From: Deltaproteobacteria bacterium
GTDB lineage: Bacteria; Myxococcota; JACRCW01
Length of the DNA: 64,000 bases
Direction of reading: 5' to 3'
NCBI GenBank assembly: GCA_016218805.1
Contig: JACRCW010000128.1
Coordinates: 1 to 64,000 of the forward strand
Shown here: positions 41,750 to 51,591 of the stretch, piece after piece
Position numbering within the stretch: position 1 is the stretch's first letter
Layout of the letters: every line of letters begins with the position of its first letter
The notes under the pieces: model-generated
Database searches by the model: none
Told to the model about the DNA's origin: nothing
Seen by the model: the letters and a program-made list of their open reading frames with translations, nothing else
Made by a program: the position numbers and the translations under genes

Positions 41750-41962
41750 GGCTACCCCCCCGTGCCCACGTGCTGACTGCATGTCGGCTGCAACGCGCGT
41801 TGTGCGCCGCTCTACCAAGGAGGGTGGACCACATTGCCATTCCAAGGGGAAGCACGCCGCCCGCCCATGCCACGAACACGGCGGAACCCGCGTGGTGCCC
41901 GCTCATGCAGTAGGGTGAATGGCGGGCGCCGGCGCGTCGTCCCGGCGGTGGTGGAGGCCAGC

Positions 41963-42682
41963 ATGCGTGGGTGTCGGGCGGTGGTGGCAGTGGTGGCCGG
42001 GCTGTGCACCGGGTGCCTGGGCACGCGTGCGGTGGTGCTTCCGCGTCCGCCCGTGGATGCGGAGCTGGCCAATGACGGCTCCGCGCAGCAGCAGCAGTTG
42101 CTCCGGGATCGCTACGCCATCCGGGAGGGAAAGTCCGGCTGGGTGGTGGGCGGCCAGGCGGTCCCACGCAGCGCGCTCCCCGGCATGTCCGCCATGGCGG
42201 GAGCGGGGCTGGTGCTGGTGCGCCTGCCCGTGGTGGACCCGCACCTGCGCGTCTACCTCTCCGCGGACGAACAGGCGCGCACGGCACTGCCTCCGTCTGC
42301 CCTGGAGAGCGCCTACGTCGCATCCACGGTCGTCGCCGGGACGCTTGCCGCGGGCGCCTCCACCGCCGCGGTGACCTTCCTGCTGGCCAGCGCGGCGCAG
42401 CGTTTTGCGCTGCGGGACCGCCCGCTGCCGGACCCGCTGGGAGCCTGGCGCGTGGGCGACTCCAACCAGACCATGATGAGCGGTATCTCCATCATCGGGG
42501 CGCTCAGCGTGCTGGGCCTGCCCGCGCTGCTGGCCACCGCGGCGTCCGGCCTGGGCGTGTGGGCCATGGAAGGAAACGCCGTGAAGCGCTTCAACGCGCA
42601 CCTTGACGACCGCATCCGGGCGGCGGCGCGCGCCCCGTCGCCGGCCGGCGCGGACCCAACGTCGCGCCCGGGCACGGAGTGA
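41963..42682 (+). CDS. Hypothetical lipoprotein/membrane protein
   Basis: N-terminal hydrophobic segment ending CTGC; two C-terminal hydrophobic helices. Confidence 0.6.
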   Translation: MRGCRAVVAVVAGLCTGCLGTRAVVLPRPPVDAELANDGSAQQQQLLRDRYAIREGKSGWVVGGQAVPRSALPGMSAMAGAGLVLVRLPVVDPHLRVYLSADEQARTALPPSALESAYVASTVVAGTLAAGASTAAVTFLLASAAQRFALRDRPLPDPLGAWRVGDSNQTMMSGISIIGALSVLGLPALLATAASGLGVWAMEGNAVKRFNAHLDDRIRAAARAPSPAGADPTSRPGTE

Positions 42683-42754
42683 CACGCACGGGGTGGCTGG
42701 ACGGGGGTCCTTCGCGCGTTGACGGGGTGCGTCACCGCGCGTACCCGTTGAGCC

Positions 42755-44743
42755 ATGGCTGAGTCCCCCGCGTCCACGCCGACCCCACTGCCCACTCCGA
42801 CCCCGCCGGCGGCTCCCGCTGCCGCGCCCGCCCGGCCACGCCTCACGGGTGCGCTCAGCCGGCGGGAGCGCGAGATCGCGGCGGCCGTCGCGGAGACGGC
42901 CATTCCCGTCGGGCGGCGGTTTGGCCTGTCCGTCACGGAGTCCGGCCTCATTGACGAACTGGACGTGTTCCTCTCCTCCGGCCGCCGCCGCTTTGCGCTG
43001 GGCTACCGGATGCTGTTGTGGGTCTTTGAGCTGTCCACGCTTTGGCCGTGGGTGGGCATGCGCCCGTTCAGCCGCCTGTCCCCGCGCCGCCGCAAAGAGG
43101 CGCTGCAGGCCTGGCATGACAGTCCCTACTTCCTCCCGCGCGCCATGCTGCGCGGCCTCACCACGCTGCTGTTCATCCTGTTCTACGGCCACCCGCGCGT
43201 GAACGAAGCGCTGCGCTTCCGCCTCCCCGCCGCGCCACCCGCCGCGCCGCGCACGCCACCCGCCAACGCCCGCAACCTGCGGCCGGCGGACGGGGACCTG
43301 GCGCTGGAGGCGGACGTCGTCGTGGTGGGGAGCGGCGCGGGCGGTGCGGCCGCGGCGTGGGAGATGGCGCGCCGCGGCATGGCGGTGGTGGTGCTGGAGG
43401 ACGGGCCGTTTGTGGCGCGCGGGGAGTTCACCGGGCACGCGCTGGACATGACGCGCCTGATGTACCGGGATGACGGCGTCACCATTGCGCTGGGAAAGCC
43501 CGGCATCCTGCTGCCCATTGGCCGCGTGGCCGGCGGGACCACCACCATCAACTCGGGCACCTGCTTCCGCACCCCGCCAGAGGTCCTGGCGGCCTGGCGC
43601 TATTCCCGCGGCCTCAACGGCCTGACGGACGCGGTGCTGGCCCCGCACTTTGACCAGGTGGAGCGGGTGCTCGGCGTTGAGCCCACCCCGGACCACCTGC
43701 TGGGGCGCTGCGGGCACATTGTGGCGCGCGGGGCCAGCCGCATGGGATTGCGGCCCTTCCCGCTGCCGCGCAACGCGCCGGGGTGTGAGGGCAGCGGCGT
43801 GTGCTGCTTTGGGTGCCCCACGCGGGCCAAGCGCAGCGCCAACGAATCCTGGCTCCCCATGGCGATGGAACGCGGCGCACGCCTGCTGTGCAACGTGGCG
43901 GCGCAGCGCATTGTGTGGGACGGCAAACGTGCGGCCGGTGTGGTGGGGCGCGTGCACGGCGGGGGCACGGTGACGGTGAAGGCGCCGCGCGTGGTGGTGG
44001 CCGCCGGGACGCTGCACACCCCCGCGCTGTTGCGCGCGTCCGGCGTGCGGTCACCCGCGCTGGGGCGGTTCATGACCATCCACCCGGCCACCAAATGCCT
44101 GGCGCTCATGGATGAGCCGGTGCGCGGCTGGGAGGGCGTGCCGCAGGGATTGGGCGTGGACGCGGACGGATTGGACGGCATCAAGTTTGAGGGGGCGTTT
44201 GTTCCGCCCAGCGTGGGCGCCGTGGCCATTCCGCTGGTGGGGGAAGAGCACGTGGAAGTGATGGAACAATACGACCGGTTGGCAACCTACGGTTTCATGG
44301 TGAAGGACCAGCCCAATGGCTGGTTGGCATTCCGCGGGTTGGACACCGTCCCGTTCTACACGCCCGGTGAACACGAGCTGGTGCGCCTGCGCCGTGGCGT
44401 CTCCATGCTGGTGGAGATCTTCCTGGCGGCGGGGGCGCGCACCGTGCTGACGCCCATTGCCGGGTTCCCCCGCGTGGCCAACCAGGCGGAACTGGCGGAT
44501 TTGCGGCGCTATGAGTTTGACGTGGGCGAAGTGGAACTCAGCGCCTTCCACCCGCTGGGCACCGCGCGCATGGCGGAGGACCCGGAGCAGGGCGTGTGCG
44601 ACGAGAACGGCGCGGTCCACGGCCGGCAGGGCGTGTACATTGCGGATGGCGCGGCCGTGCCCAGTTCATTGGGCGTCAATCCCCAGGTCACCATCATGGC
44701 GCTGGCGCTGCGGCTGGGTGCGCGGCTGGCCGGAAACGCCTGA
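42755..44743 (+). CDS. GMC-family oxidoreductase
   Basis: VVVGSGAGG, GGTTTINSG, CCFGCP, FHPLGTARM, GVNPQVTI. Confidence 0.93.
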   Translation: MAESPASTPTPLPTPTPPAAPAAAPARPRLTGALSRREREIAAAVAETAIPVGRRFGLSVTESGLIDELDVFLSSGRRRFALGYRMLLWVFELSTLWPWVGMRPFSRLSPRRRKEALQAWHDSPYFLPRAMLRGLTTLLFILFYGHPRVNEALRFRLPAAPPAAPRTPPANARNLRPADGDLALEADVVVVGSGAGGAAAAWEMARRGMAVVVLEDGPFVARGEFTGHALDMTRLMYRDDGVTIALGKPGILLPIGRVAGGTTTINSGTCFRTPPEVLAAWRYSRGLNGLTDAVLAPHFDQVERVLGVEPTPDHLLGRCGHIVARGASRMGLRPFPLPRNAPGCEGSGVCCFGCPTRAKRSANESWLPMAMERGARLLCNVAAQRIVWDGKRAAGVVGRVHGGGTVTVKAPRVVVAAGTLHTPALLRASGVRSPALGRFMTIHPATKCLALMDEPVRGWEGVPQGLGVDADGLDGIKFEGAFVPPSVGAVAIPLVGEEHVEVMEQYDRLATYGFMVKDQPNGWLAFRGLDTVPFYTPGEHELVRLRRGVSMLVEIFLAAGARTVLTPIAGFPRVANQAELADLRRYEFDVGEVELSAFHPLGTARMAEDPEQGVCDENGAVHGRQGVYIADGAAVPSSLGVNPQVTIMALALRLGARLAGNA

Positions 44744-44775
44744 AGCACCATGCGGTTTCCCAGAAAGGTGATGCC

Positions 44776-45762
44776 ATGACGGAAGTTGGCCGCGGAACCC
44801 CGCCCACGCAGGAAACGCCCGGAAACCCGGATGTGAACTGGCTGGCTGAACGGCTTGCTGAAACGGACGAGCAGGCCAAGGAGCAGCTTCGGAACGCGCT
44901 GGTGATTTGCGCGCCGGAGGTCATCCAATCCGTCCTGGCGGAGACCGACGAGGTGGAGCGCGGCGGCGGCCTGCTCACCGCGGACGGCCAACGGCGCCGC
45001 ACCGTATGCGGCGTGTTCTTCCACCTGCTGCGCAAGCGCCTGACGCGTGAGGAGTGGAAGCGCCTGGCGCCGGCGGCGCCGCCCGCGGCACCCCAGCCCA
45101 CCAAGCTGATGTGGCCGGCGCGGGCGCCGGTGGTCAGCGAGGCGCTGGCCCGGCCCGGGGAATGCCTGGCCATGGTGACGGCCTGGGCGCCGCCGCGCGC
45201 GCGCGTGCGGACGGGTCACGTGGTGGTGCCACTGGAAAGCCCTGTCAGCCTGCACGGCGTGTCACGCGCGCTGCCCCGGCCGGACGAGTCCCCCCCCATG
45301 GTCTGCAACATCTGCGTGGCCGAATGGCAGTGGATGCACCTGGGCGACCGCGTGCGGCGCGCGACGTTGCTGCAGGCGGACGGCGTGGGGTTCCTCAATG
45401 ACGCCAAGAACGCCATGGTGGTGCTGTCAGGCGAGGTGGAGTTGGACACCGCGCGCGCCAGTGGCCGCGAACCGGGCGCCACGCTGCGGCTGTCCGGCAC
45501 GCCCGGAAACGTGATCCAGGTGGGTAACTGCTCGGTGACCGCGATGGTGGGCCGCCGGCAGCCGCCGCCGCACCGTGGACTGCCCACCATGTCGCGGACG
45601 CCCACGGTGTTTGTGGTGTACGTGCCCACGGCCGAATGGCGCGCGGCGCAGCAGCAACCGGGCGGTGCACAGTACGTGTTTCGTGGCCGCTTCTTCCCGG
45701 ACCAGGAACTGGGCGCCGTGGCGGTGCTGGCGGACAGCGTGGAGCGTCTCCCGCAGGCGTGA
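44776..45762 (+). CDS. Hypothetical protein with PHAX-like RNA-binding domain
   Basis: VERGGGLLTADGQRRRTVCGVFFHLLR resembles the PHAX RNA-binding (RNA_GG_bind) motif; followed by two beta-rich segments. Confidence 0.7.
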   Translation: MTEVGRGTPPTQETPGNPDVNWLAERLAETDEQAKEQLRNALVICAPEVIQSVLAETDEVERGGGLLTADGQRRRTVCGVFFHLLRKRLTREEWKRLAPAAPPAAPQPTKLMWPARAPVVSEALARPGECLAMVTAWAPPRARVRTGHVVVPLESPVSLHGVSRALPRPDESPPMVCNICVAEWQWMHLGDRVRRATLLQADGVGFLNDAKNAMVVLSGEVELDTARASGREPGATLRLSGTPGNVIQVGNCSVTAMVGRRQPPPHRGLPTMSRTPTVFVVYVPTAEWRAAQQQPGGAQYVFRGRFFPDQELGAVAVLADSVERLPQA

Positions 45763-45800
45763 CGCCCGGCGGACGGTGGATGACGACCTCGCGGATGCCC

Positions 45801-46057
45801 GTCGGGCGCCTCGCGGTGCGTGGTCGGGCACCTCGCGTGTGGGTGGTCAGCGCCTGCAACACCCACGTCGGGCACCTCGCGGTGAGTGGTCGGGCACCTC
45901 GGAGTGGGTGGTCGGGCACCTCGCGGTGGGTGGTCGGGCACCTCGCAGTGGGTGGTCGGGCACCTCGCAGTGGGTGGTCGGGCACCTCGCGGTGAGTGGT
46001 CGGGCGCCTCGCGGTGGGTGGTCGGGCACCTCGGCGGGCCTGGTCGGGCACCTCGCG
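45801..46057. repeat. 22-bp tandem repeat array (consensus GTCGGGCACCTCGCGGTGGGTG)
   Basis: Unit starts at 45801, 45823, a degenerate unit near 45845, then 45867, 45889, 45911, 45933, 45955, 45977, 45999, 46021, 46043. Confidence 0.95.
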
Positions 46058-46356
46058 TGTGGTTGTACAGAGGCTGCATTGACCACATGGACCCACCCAA
46101 ACGGTTGTCGCGTGCACGTCGGGTTTGGCGCATGGTGCGGGGCGGGTGGCGCTGTGCAGCGTGAGTGATGGGATGCCACGCACAACCTTCGAGTGGCCGG
46201 GCCTCGCGTCATTGGCCGGCGCGCACTCCCGACGAACTGCACGACGTCGGCGGCACCTGCCGACGGTCCGACCGCGATGGTTGAAGTCAATACCTCGCCC
46301 CAGGGCAACGCGTCGGTCTATCGTCCCGTTTGGCTCCGGCTGGGGTGGAGAAGCTG

Positions 46357-47415
46357 ATGATCAACTCTCTGGACCTCAAGAACCTCACGGTCTTCGAAGA
46401 GCTCCACCTCGATTTCGGTGGCCGCCTCAACGTCTTTGTTGGCCCGAACGGCGCGGGAAAGTCACACCTCCTGAAGGTCCTCTACTCCGTCCTGGCGACG
46501 AGCGCGCGAGGCCCGCGCGAGACCAAAGAGACCGCGCCCACCAAGCAGTATTTGCAGCCCGCGCTCGCGCGGAAACTCACGGCCGTCTTTCGGCCTGACC
46601 AGCTGGGTCGGCTCGCGCGCCGCCAGGCGGGACGGAACCGCTGCGAGGTCGCGCTCTCGTTTGACGAGCCCGACCTCGACATTGCTTTCCACCTCAACAC
46701 GGCGAGCAAGAGCGAGGTGCTGCTCACCAAGGTGCCCGCGACCTGGGTCGAGAAACAGCCCGCGTTCCTGCCCACGCGCGAACTCCTCACGACCTACCCG
46801 AACTTCGTCTCGCTCTACGAGACGACAGACCTCCCGTTTGAGGAAACCTGGCGGGACACCTGCATCCTGCTCGGCGCACCTCTCGCGCGGGGCCCGCGCG
46901 AGCGACACATCCGGAAGCTCCTCGAACCGATCGAGGACGCCATGGGCGGGAAGATCGTCCTGGAGGACACCGGCCAGTTCTACCTGCGCACCCAGACCGG
47001 AAACATGGAAATGCACCTGGTCGCCGAGGGCTTGCGGAAGCTCGCAATGGTCGCCCGGCTCATCGCCACGGGCTCCCTGCTCGACAAGGGCTTCCTCTTC
47101 TGGGACGAGCCGGAGGCCAACCTCAACCCCGCGCTTATCACGCGCATGGCGAGCGCGATCCGGGCCATTGGGAACAACGGCGTCCAGGTCTTCATCGCAA
47201 CGCACTCGCTGTTCCTGCTGCGCGAGTTGTACCTGCTGGGCGACTCGGACGCGCGGTACTTCGGCCTGCACTTTGAAGGGGATGGGGTGCAATGCACGCA
47301 AGGCTCGTCGATGGACGACATCGGGAACGTTGCGGCGCTGGAAGCGGAGGTTGCGCAGTCGGACCGGTATCTCAAGCTGGCGAACGCAGCAGGCGACGGA
47401 GCGACTGATTCATGA
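46357..47415 (+). CDS. ABC-type (AAA_15/AAA_21-like) ATPase
   Basis: FVGPNGAGKSHLLK, VAEGLRKL signature variant, LFWDEPEANLNP, FIATHSLF. Confidence 0.88.
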   Translation: MINSLDLKNLTVFEELHLDFGGRLNVFVGPNGAGKSHLLKVLYSVLATSARGPRETKETAPTKQYLQPALARKLTAVFRPDQLGRLARRQAGRNRCEVALSFDEPDLDIAFHLNTASKSEVLLTKVPATWVEKQPAFLPTRELLTTYPNFVSLYETTDLPFEETWRDTCILLGAPLARGPRERHIRKLLEPIEDAMGGKIVLEDTGQFYLRTQTGNMEMHLVAEGLRKLAMVARLIATGSLLDKGFLFWDEPEANLNPALITRMASAIRAIGNNGVQVFIATHSLFLLRELYLLGDSDARYFGLHFEGDGVQCTQGSSMDDIGNVAALEAEVAQSDRYLKLANAAGDGATDS

Positions 47416-47941
47416 CGCGCATCGTCGAGGGCAAGCTGGCGCACACGTTTCCCGACGGGTGGACGGCCTCCCAGTATGACCGCTGGACGTTCTACCGGAA
47501 GCACTTCCAGGACGCCTGCGGCGGGGTAACAAGGCGGTTGACATCGTCGCGCTCCAGTCGGCCCCCAAGGTCCTGTGGCTCGTGGAGCTCAAGGACTACC
47601 GGCAACACCGGCGAGCCAAGCCACTTCCGCTCCCCGACGAAGTTGCCATCAAGGTGCGCGACACGGTGGCGGGGCTTTGGGTGGCCTCGAACAGGGATGG
47701 CGATGCGAACGCGGACGAGCCGCGCGCCTGCATCAGGGCCCACAAGGTCCGGGTCGTCCTCCACCTCGAGCAGCCGCGCGTCCACTCGAAACTCTTCCCG
47801 CGCAGCCACATCCCCGCGAACGTCCTCCAGCGCCTCCGGCAGCTCGTGCGCGTCATTGACCCCCACCCCAAGGTCATCGACCTGACGCACGCCGATGTAC
47901 CGTGGACGGTCGCCCCAGCCTTGGGCGGCGAACGCAGCTGA
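47412..47941 (+). pseudogene. PD-(D/E)xK-like nuclease partner of the ATPase, split by a frameshift
   Basis: ATGA-coupled start MTRIVEGKLAHTFPDGW...FQDACGG continues in another frame as NKAVDIVAL...LWLVELKDYR...KVRDT; the shift maps to GGGG at 47523-47526. Confidence 0.75.
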
Positions 47942-48098
47942 CCTTCATCCCCCAGCGCCGCCGTTCCCGGCCCGCGTTGGACAAGCCTCTGCCCCCGCGT
48001 TCCACAGGCGTTGGGCGCGTGGTCAACCCTCCTCGTCGCGGAACGGGACGCGGGCGGGCGTGCTGAAGTAAGTCTCCCCCAACCGGAGACGCCTCCAC

Positions 48099-51000
48099 GT
48101 GCATTCCCCGCGCAAGACCGTGCGCCCATGCGCCGTGTGCCTCGCGGCGCTGTTCGCAGCGCTGCCGGTCCGCGGGCAGCCGGATGCGGGCCCGGACGAC
48201 GACGCGGGAGCCGCCCAGGACGCGGGCGTTCCCCACGACGCGGGGACCGCCCCGGACGCCGGCCCGCCGCCGCCGGCGGGCATGGACGAGCTGTGGGGCA
48301 GCCTGGTGGCGGACGTGGTGGTGGAGGTCCCCCCGGGGATTGACCGGGTGACGGCGGAGCAGTTGTTTGGTGTGCGGCGCGGGGACCGGCTGGACGCCAC
48401 CGCGGTGCGGCGTGGGCTGCGGCGCCTGGTGCTGCTGGCCAAGATGGAGGACGTGCGGGTGTGGGCGGAGCCGCTGGCGGAGGGGCCGGACAGCGTGCGG
48501 GTGACCGTGCAGCTGGTGCGCGCCAACCTGCTGCGGGAGATCCGCTTTGTGGGGGCGGATGACATCCCGGCCACGTCCCTGCGCCGCGGCCTGGCGCTGC
48601 ACGAAGCGGACGCCGCGGACCCCGCCGCGTTGGAGGCCGCCCGCATGGCGGTGGCGGACGCGCTGGCGCAGGAGGGCTATCCGCATGCGCGCGTGCAGGC
48701 GGAGTACCGGCCGCTGCCGGAGACGGCGCAGGTGGCGCTGGTGTTCACCGTGGAAAAGGGGCTGCCGCAGAAGACGCTGGCCATCCGGCTGCAGGGGGAC
48801 CTGCGCCACCCCGCCTACAAGCTGCTGGACATTGCGGACCTGGGGCCGGGTGGGCTGGCGTCACGCACGCGGCTGGAAGGCGCGGCGGAGCGCCTGCTCA
48901 AGTGGTACCGCGCGCAGGGGCACTGGGGCGCGCGCGTGGAGCCGCTGCGCGTGCCGCGCTCCACGCGCGGCGAATGGGTCCCCCTGACGCTGCGCATTGC
49001 CGCGGGGCCGCGCTGGTCCACGGAGTTCCGCGGCAACCGCGTGTTCTCGTCCACGGAGTTGCGCGGGCGCCTGGGGTTGCCGCCGGACCGGGTGCTGGAC
49101 GGCGAGGTGGCCGCCGCGCTGGGCGAGCAGGTGAGGGCCTACTACCGGGACGCGGGCTACCCGCACGCCCGCGTGTCCGTGCGCGCGGCGCCCGGGCTGG
49201 AGCGCGGCACGCGGCGGGTGCTGTTCAGCATCCGGGAGGGGCCGTACGCGGAGGTGCGGCGCGTGACGCTGAAGGGCAACCCCGGGCTGCGGCGCCAGCA
49301 GCTGGTGGACGAAGCGGTGCTGGCGGCGGAGGAGGAGCTGCCGTCGGACAACCTGATCCAGCGGCTGGACCGCCACGACGTGGACGCGGTGCTGGGCAGC
49401 GGGGACCCGGAGGCGGCCGCGCTCCCGCAGGGGGCGGACGCGCGCGCCCCCGGGGTGCCGGAGTGGCCGCGCACGGCGGTGGGCCGCCTGGTGGACCGGG
49501 AGCGCGTCTGGGACGAGAAGCGCTTCCACAAGGGCGCCCGGGCCATGGAGGACCTCTACAAGAGCCAGGGCTACCTGCAGCCGCGCGTGGTGGGACCGCA
49601 GGCCACCTACCGTGATGACGGGCGGCAGGTGGACGTGACCTACACAGTGCAATCCGGCGTGCAGACGCGCATCCGCTACCTGTCCTTCCGCGGCAACGCG
49701 GCGGTGTTGTCCAAGGACCTGCTGGAGGTGGCGCGGCAGGTGAAGGGCGCCCACCGCGTGGACCCCGGTGAACCCATGGACCTGTTCTCCGTGGAGGAAG
49801 CGCGCCTGGCGCTGGAAGCGGACTACGCCAACCGGGGCTACCCGTTTGCCCGCGTCACGGATGACGTGGTGTACGGCAAGGACCGCAGCCAGGCGGGCCT
49901 GGTGTACGTGGTGGATGAGGGTCCGCGCATCCGCGTCCGGGACGTGGTGGTGCGCGGCAACCGGGCCACGCGCGCGCTGCTCATCAACAACCGGCTGACG
50001 CTGCGGCCCGGCGCGCTGTTCACGGCGCATGACGTGGAGGAGACGCGGCGCGCGCTGTTGGCCACCGGGCTGTTTTCCAGCGTCACGGTGGCGCTGGACC
50101 CCGCGGACACCGGCGAATCCCGCACCGTCCTGGTGGACGTCCGGGAGCGCAACTACGGGGACGGCGAGACGCGCATTGGCCTGTCCACGGAGCAGGGGCC
50201 GCGGCTGTATGCGGGCGGCAGCTACCGCAACCTGTTTGGCCTGGGGATGGCCACCTCCGGTCACGTGCGGGTGAACTGGCCGTATCCCACGTATTTCATC
50301 GGCTTCTTCCAGAACCCTGAGCAGCTGGACAAGCTCATTGGCCGCTTTGATGACGCGGCGCTCCCCTACCCGGAGCCCGCGGCGCGCCTGGGCGTGCCGC
50401 CGCCGCCCACCGTACCCGGCCCGGTGATGAACGTGGTGCGCCCCGCGCTGTTCACGGAGGCCGAAGCGCTGGCATCCCTGGCCTACCCGCGGCTGCCGTT
50501 TGTGCCGCTGGAATCCGGGGTGCGCGCGGAAGGCATCTTTGTCCGCGCCAACCGCCTGGCGTTCACGCTCACCAAGGGGGGCGTCATCTGGACGCTGGAC
50601 ACCAAGGCGCCCTCGTTCAAGTACCTGCGGGCGTCGGCCTCGCCGTCCACCAGCCTGCAAGTCTCCAGCATGCGCTGTGAGGTGCAGCTGAGCGGTTCCG
50701 CGGCGGCGGACACCACCGGCCGCACCTGCGCGGATGATCCGCTGCGCCTCACCGCGCGCCAGGACAACGGCGTGCTGGGCCTGTGGACGCTGCGCCTGCC
50801 GGTGGTGCTGGACGGGCGGGACAACATCTTCAACCCGCACGCGGGCTACCTGGTCACCGGCAGCGCGGACCTGGTGCTGGGCGGCGGCGTGCTCTACGGC
50901 GCCACCCCGCTGTCCGGGAACCTGGCGGAGAACCAGCGCCCGGTCCGCAGCACCTTTGCGCGCTTTGCCGGCGCGGTGAACGGCTACCTCCCGCTCACCC

Positions 51001-51557
51001 GCCGCGTGACGCTGGCCATCAGCGGCCGCGTGGGCAGCATCATCCCCATTGATGACAAGAACACCCCGCTGGAGGACTCGCCGCTGCCGCTGGATGACCG
51101 CGCCCGCGCGGAGATGCGGGACTTCCGCTCCAGCGTGTCCAACTACGTGCCGCTGTTTGAGCGCTTCTACCTGGGCGGCAGTGACTCCGTGCGCGGCTTC
51201 ACGCCGGACGGCGTGCTGGCGTCGGACGACCCCGCCGGGCGGCTGGCGCAGCGCCCGCTGACCTCGCAGGGCGGCAACGGCTTCTGGAACGTCCGCACGG
51301 AGCTGCGTTTTCCCATTGTGGGGCCGTGGGAGGGCGGGCTGTTCCTGGACGCGGGCCAGCTGCTGCTGGCGTGGGAGAACTTCAACCCCGCGGAGTTCTC
51401 CGCCGGCGCGGGCGTGGGACTGCGCGTGAACACGCCGGTGGGCCCGCTCATCATTGACATCGGGTTCGGGTTCCTGGACGGACCCCGCGGCCTGGGCCTG
51501 CAACAGGGCGAAATCCAGCGCCGGTTCGTGCTGCACCCGGCGCTGGGCTACTTCTGA
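48099..51557 (+). CDS. BamA/TamA-family outer-membrane protein with multiple POTRA domains
   Basis: Repeated FxGN...YxxxGY POTRA units; FYLGGSDSVRGF, ELRFP, GVGLRVNTPVGP, terminal GYF. Confidence 0.9.
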   Translation: MHSPRKTVRPCAVCLAALFAALPVRGQPDAGPDDDAGAAQDAGVPHDAGTAPDAGPPPPAGMDELWGSLVADVVVEVPPGIDRVTAEQLFGVRRGDRLDATAVRRGLRRLVLLAKMEDVRVWAEPLAEGPDSVRVTVQLVRANLLREIRFVGADDIPATSLRRGLALHEADAADPAALEAARMAVADALAQEGYPHARVQAEYRPLPETAQVALVFTVEKGLPQKTLAIRLQGDLRHPAYKLLDIADLGPGGLASRTRLEGAAERLLKWYRAQGHWGARVEPLRVPRSTRGEWVPLTLRIAAGPRWSTEFRGNRVFSSTELRGRLGLPPDRVLDGEVAAALGEQVRAYYRDAGYPHARVSVRAAPGLERGTRRVLFSIREGPYAEVRRVTLKGNPGLRRQQLVDEAVLAAEEELPSDNLIQRLDRHDVDAVLGSGDPEAAALPQGADARAPGVPEWPRTAVGRLVDRERVWDEKRFHKGARAMEDLYKSQGYLQPRVVGPQATYRDDGRQVDVTYTVQSGVQTRIRYLSFRGNAAVLSKDLLEVARQVKGAHRVDPGEPMDLFSVEEARLALEADYANRGYPFARVTDDVVYGKDRSQAGLVYVVDEGPRIRVRDVVVRGNRATRALLINNRLTLRPGALFTAHDVEETRRALLATGLFSSVTVALDPADTGESRTVLVDVRERNYGDGETRIGLSTEQGPRLYAGGSYRNLFGLGMATSGHVRVNWPYPTYFIGFFQNPEQLDKLIGRFDDAALPYPEPAARLGVPPPPTVPGPVMNVVRPALFTEAEALASLAYPRLPFVPLESGVRAEGIFVRANRLAFTLTKGGVIWTLDTKAPSFKYLRASASPSTSLQVSSMRCEVQLSGSAAADTTGRTCADDPLRLTARQDNGVLGLWTLRLPVVLDGRDNIFNPHAGYLVTGSADLVLGGGVLYGATPLSGNLAENQRPVRSTFARFAGAVNGYLPLTRRVTLAISGRVGSIIPIDDKNTPLEDSPLPLDDRARAEMRDFRSSVSNYVPLFERFYLGGSDSVRGFTPDGVLASDDPAGRLAQRPLTSQGGNGFWNVRTELRFPIVGPWEGGLFLDAGQLLLAWENFNPAEFSAGAGVGLRVNTPVGPLIIDIGFGFLDGPRGLGLQQGEIQRRFVLHPALGYF

Positions 51558-51591
51558 TCCGCTGCGGCGCTTGCCGCAAACGGAGGCCCCC

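Noticed and set aside
45801..46057. CRISPR array
   Set aside because: Units are contiguous 22-mers with no unique spacers of CRISPR length, and there are no cas genes in the window; the same applies to 61355-61569
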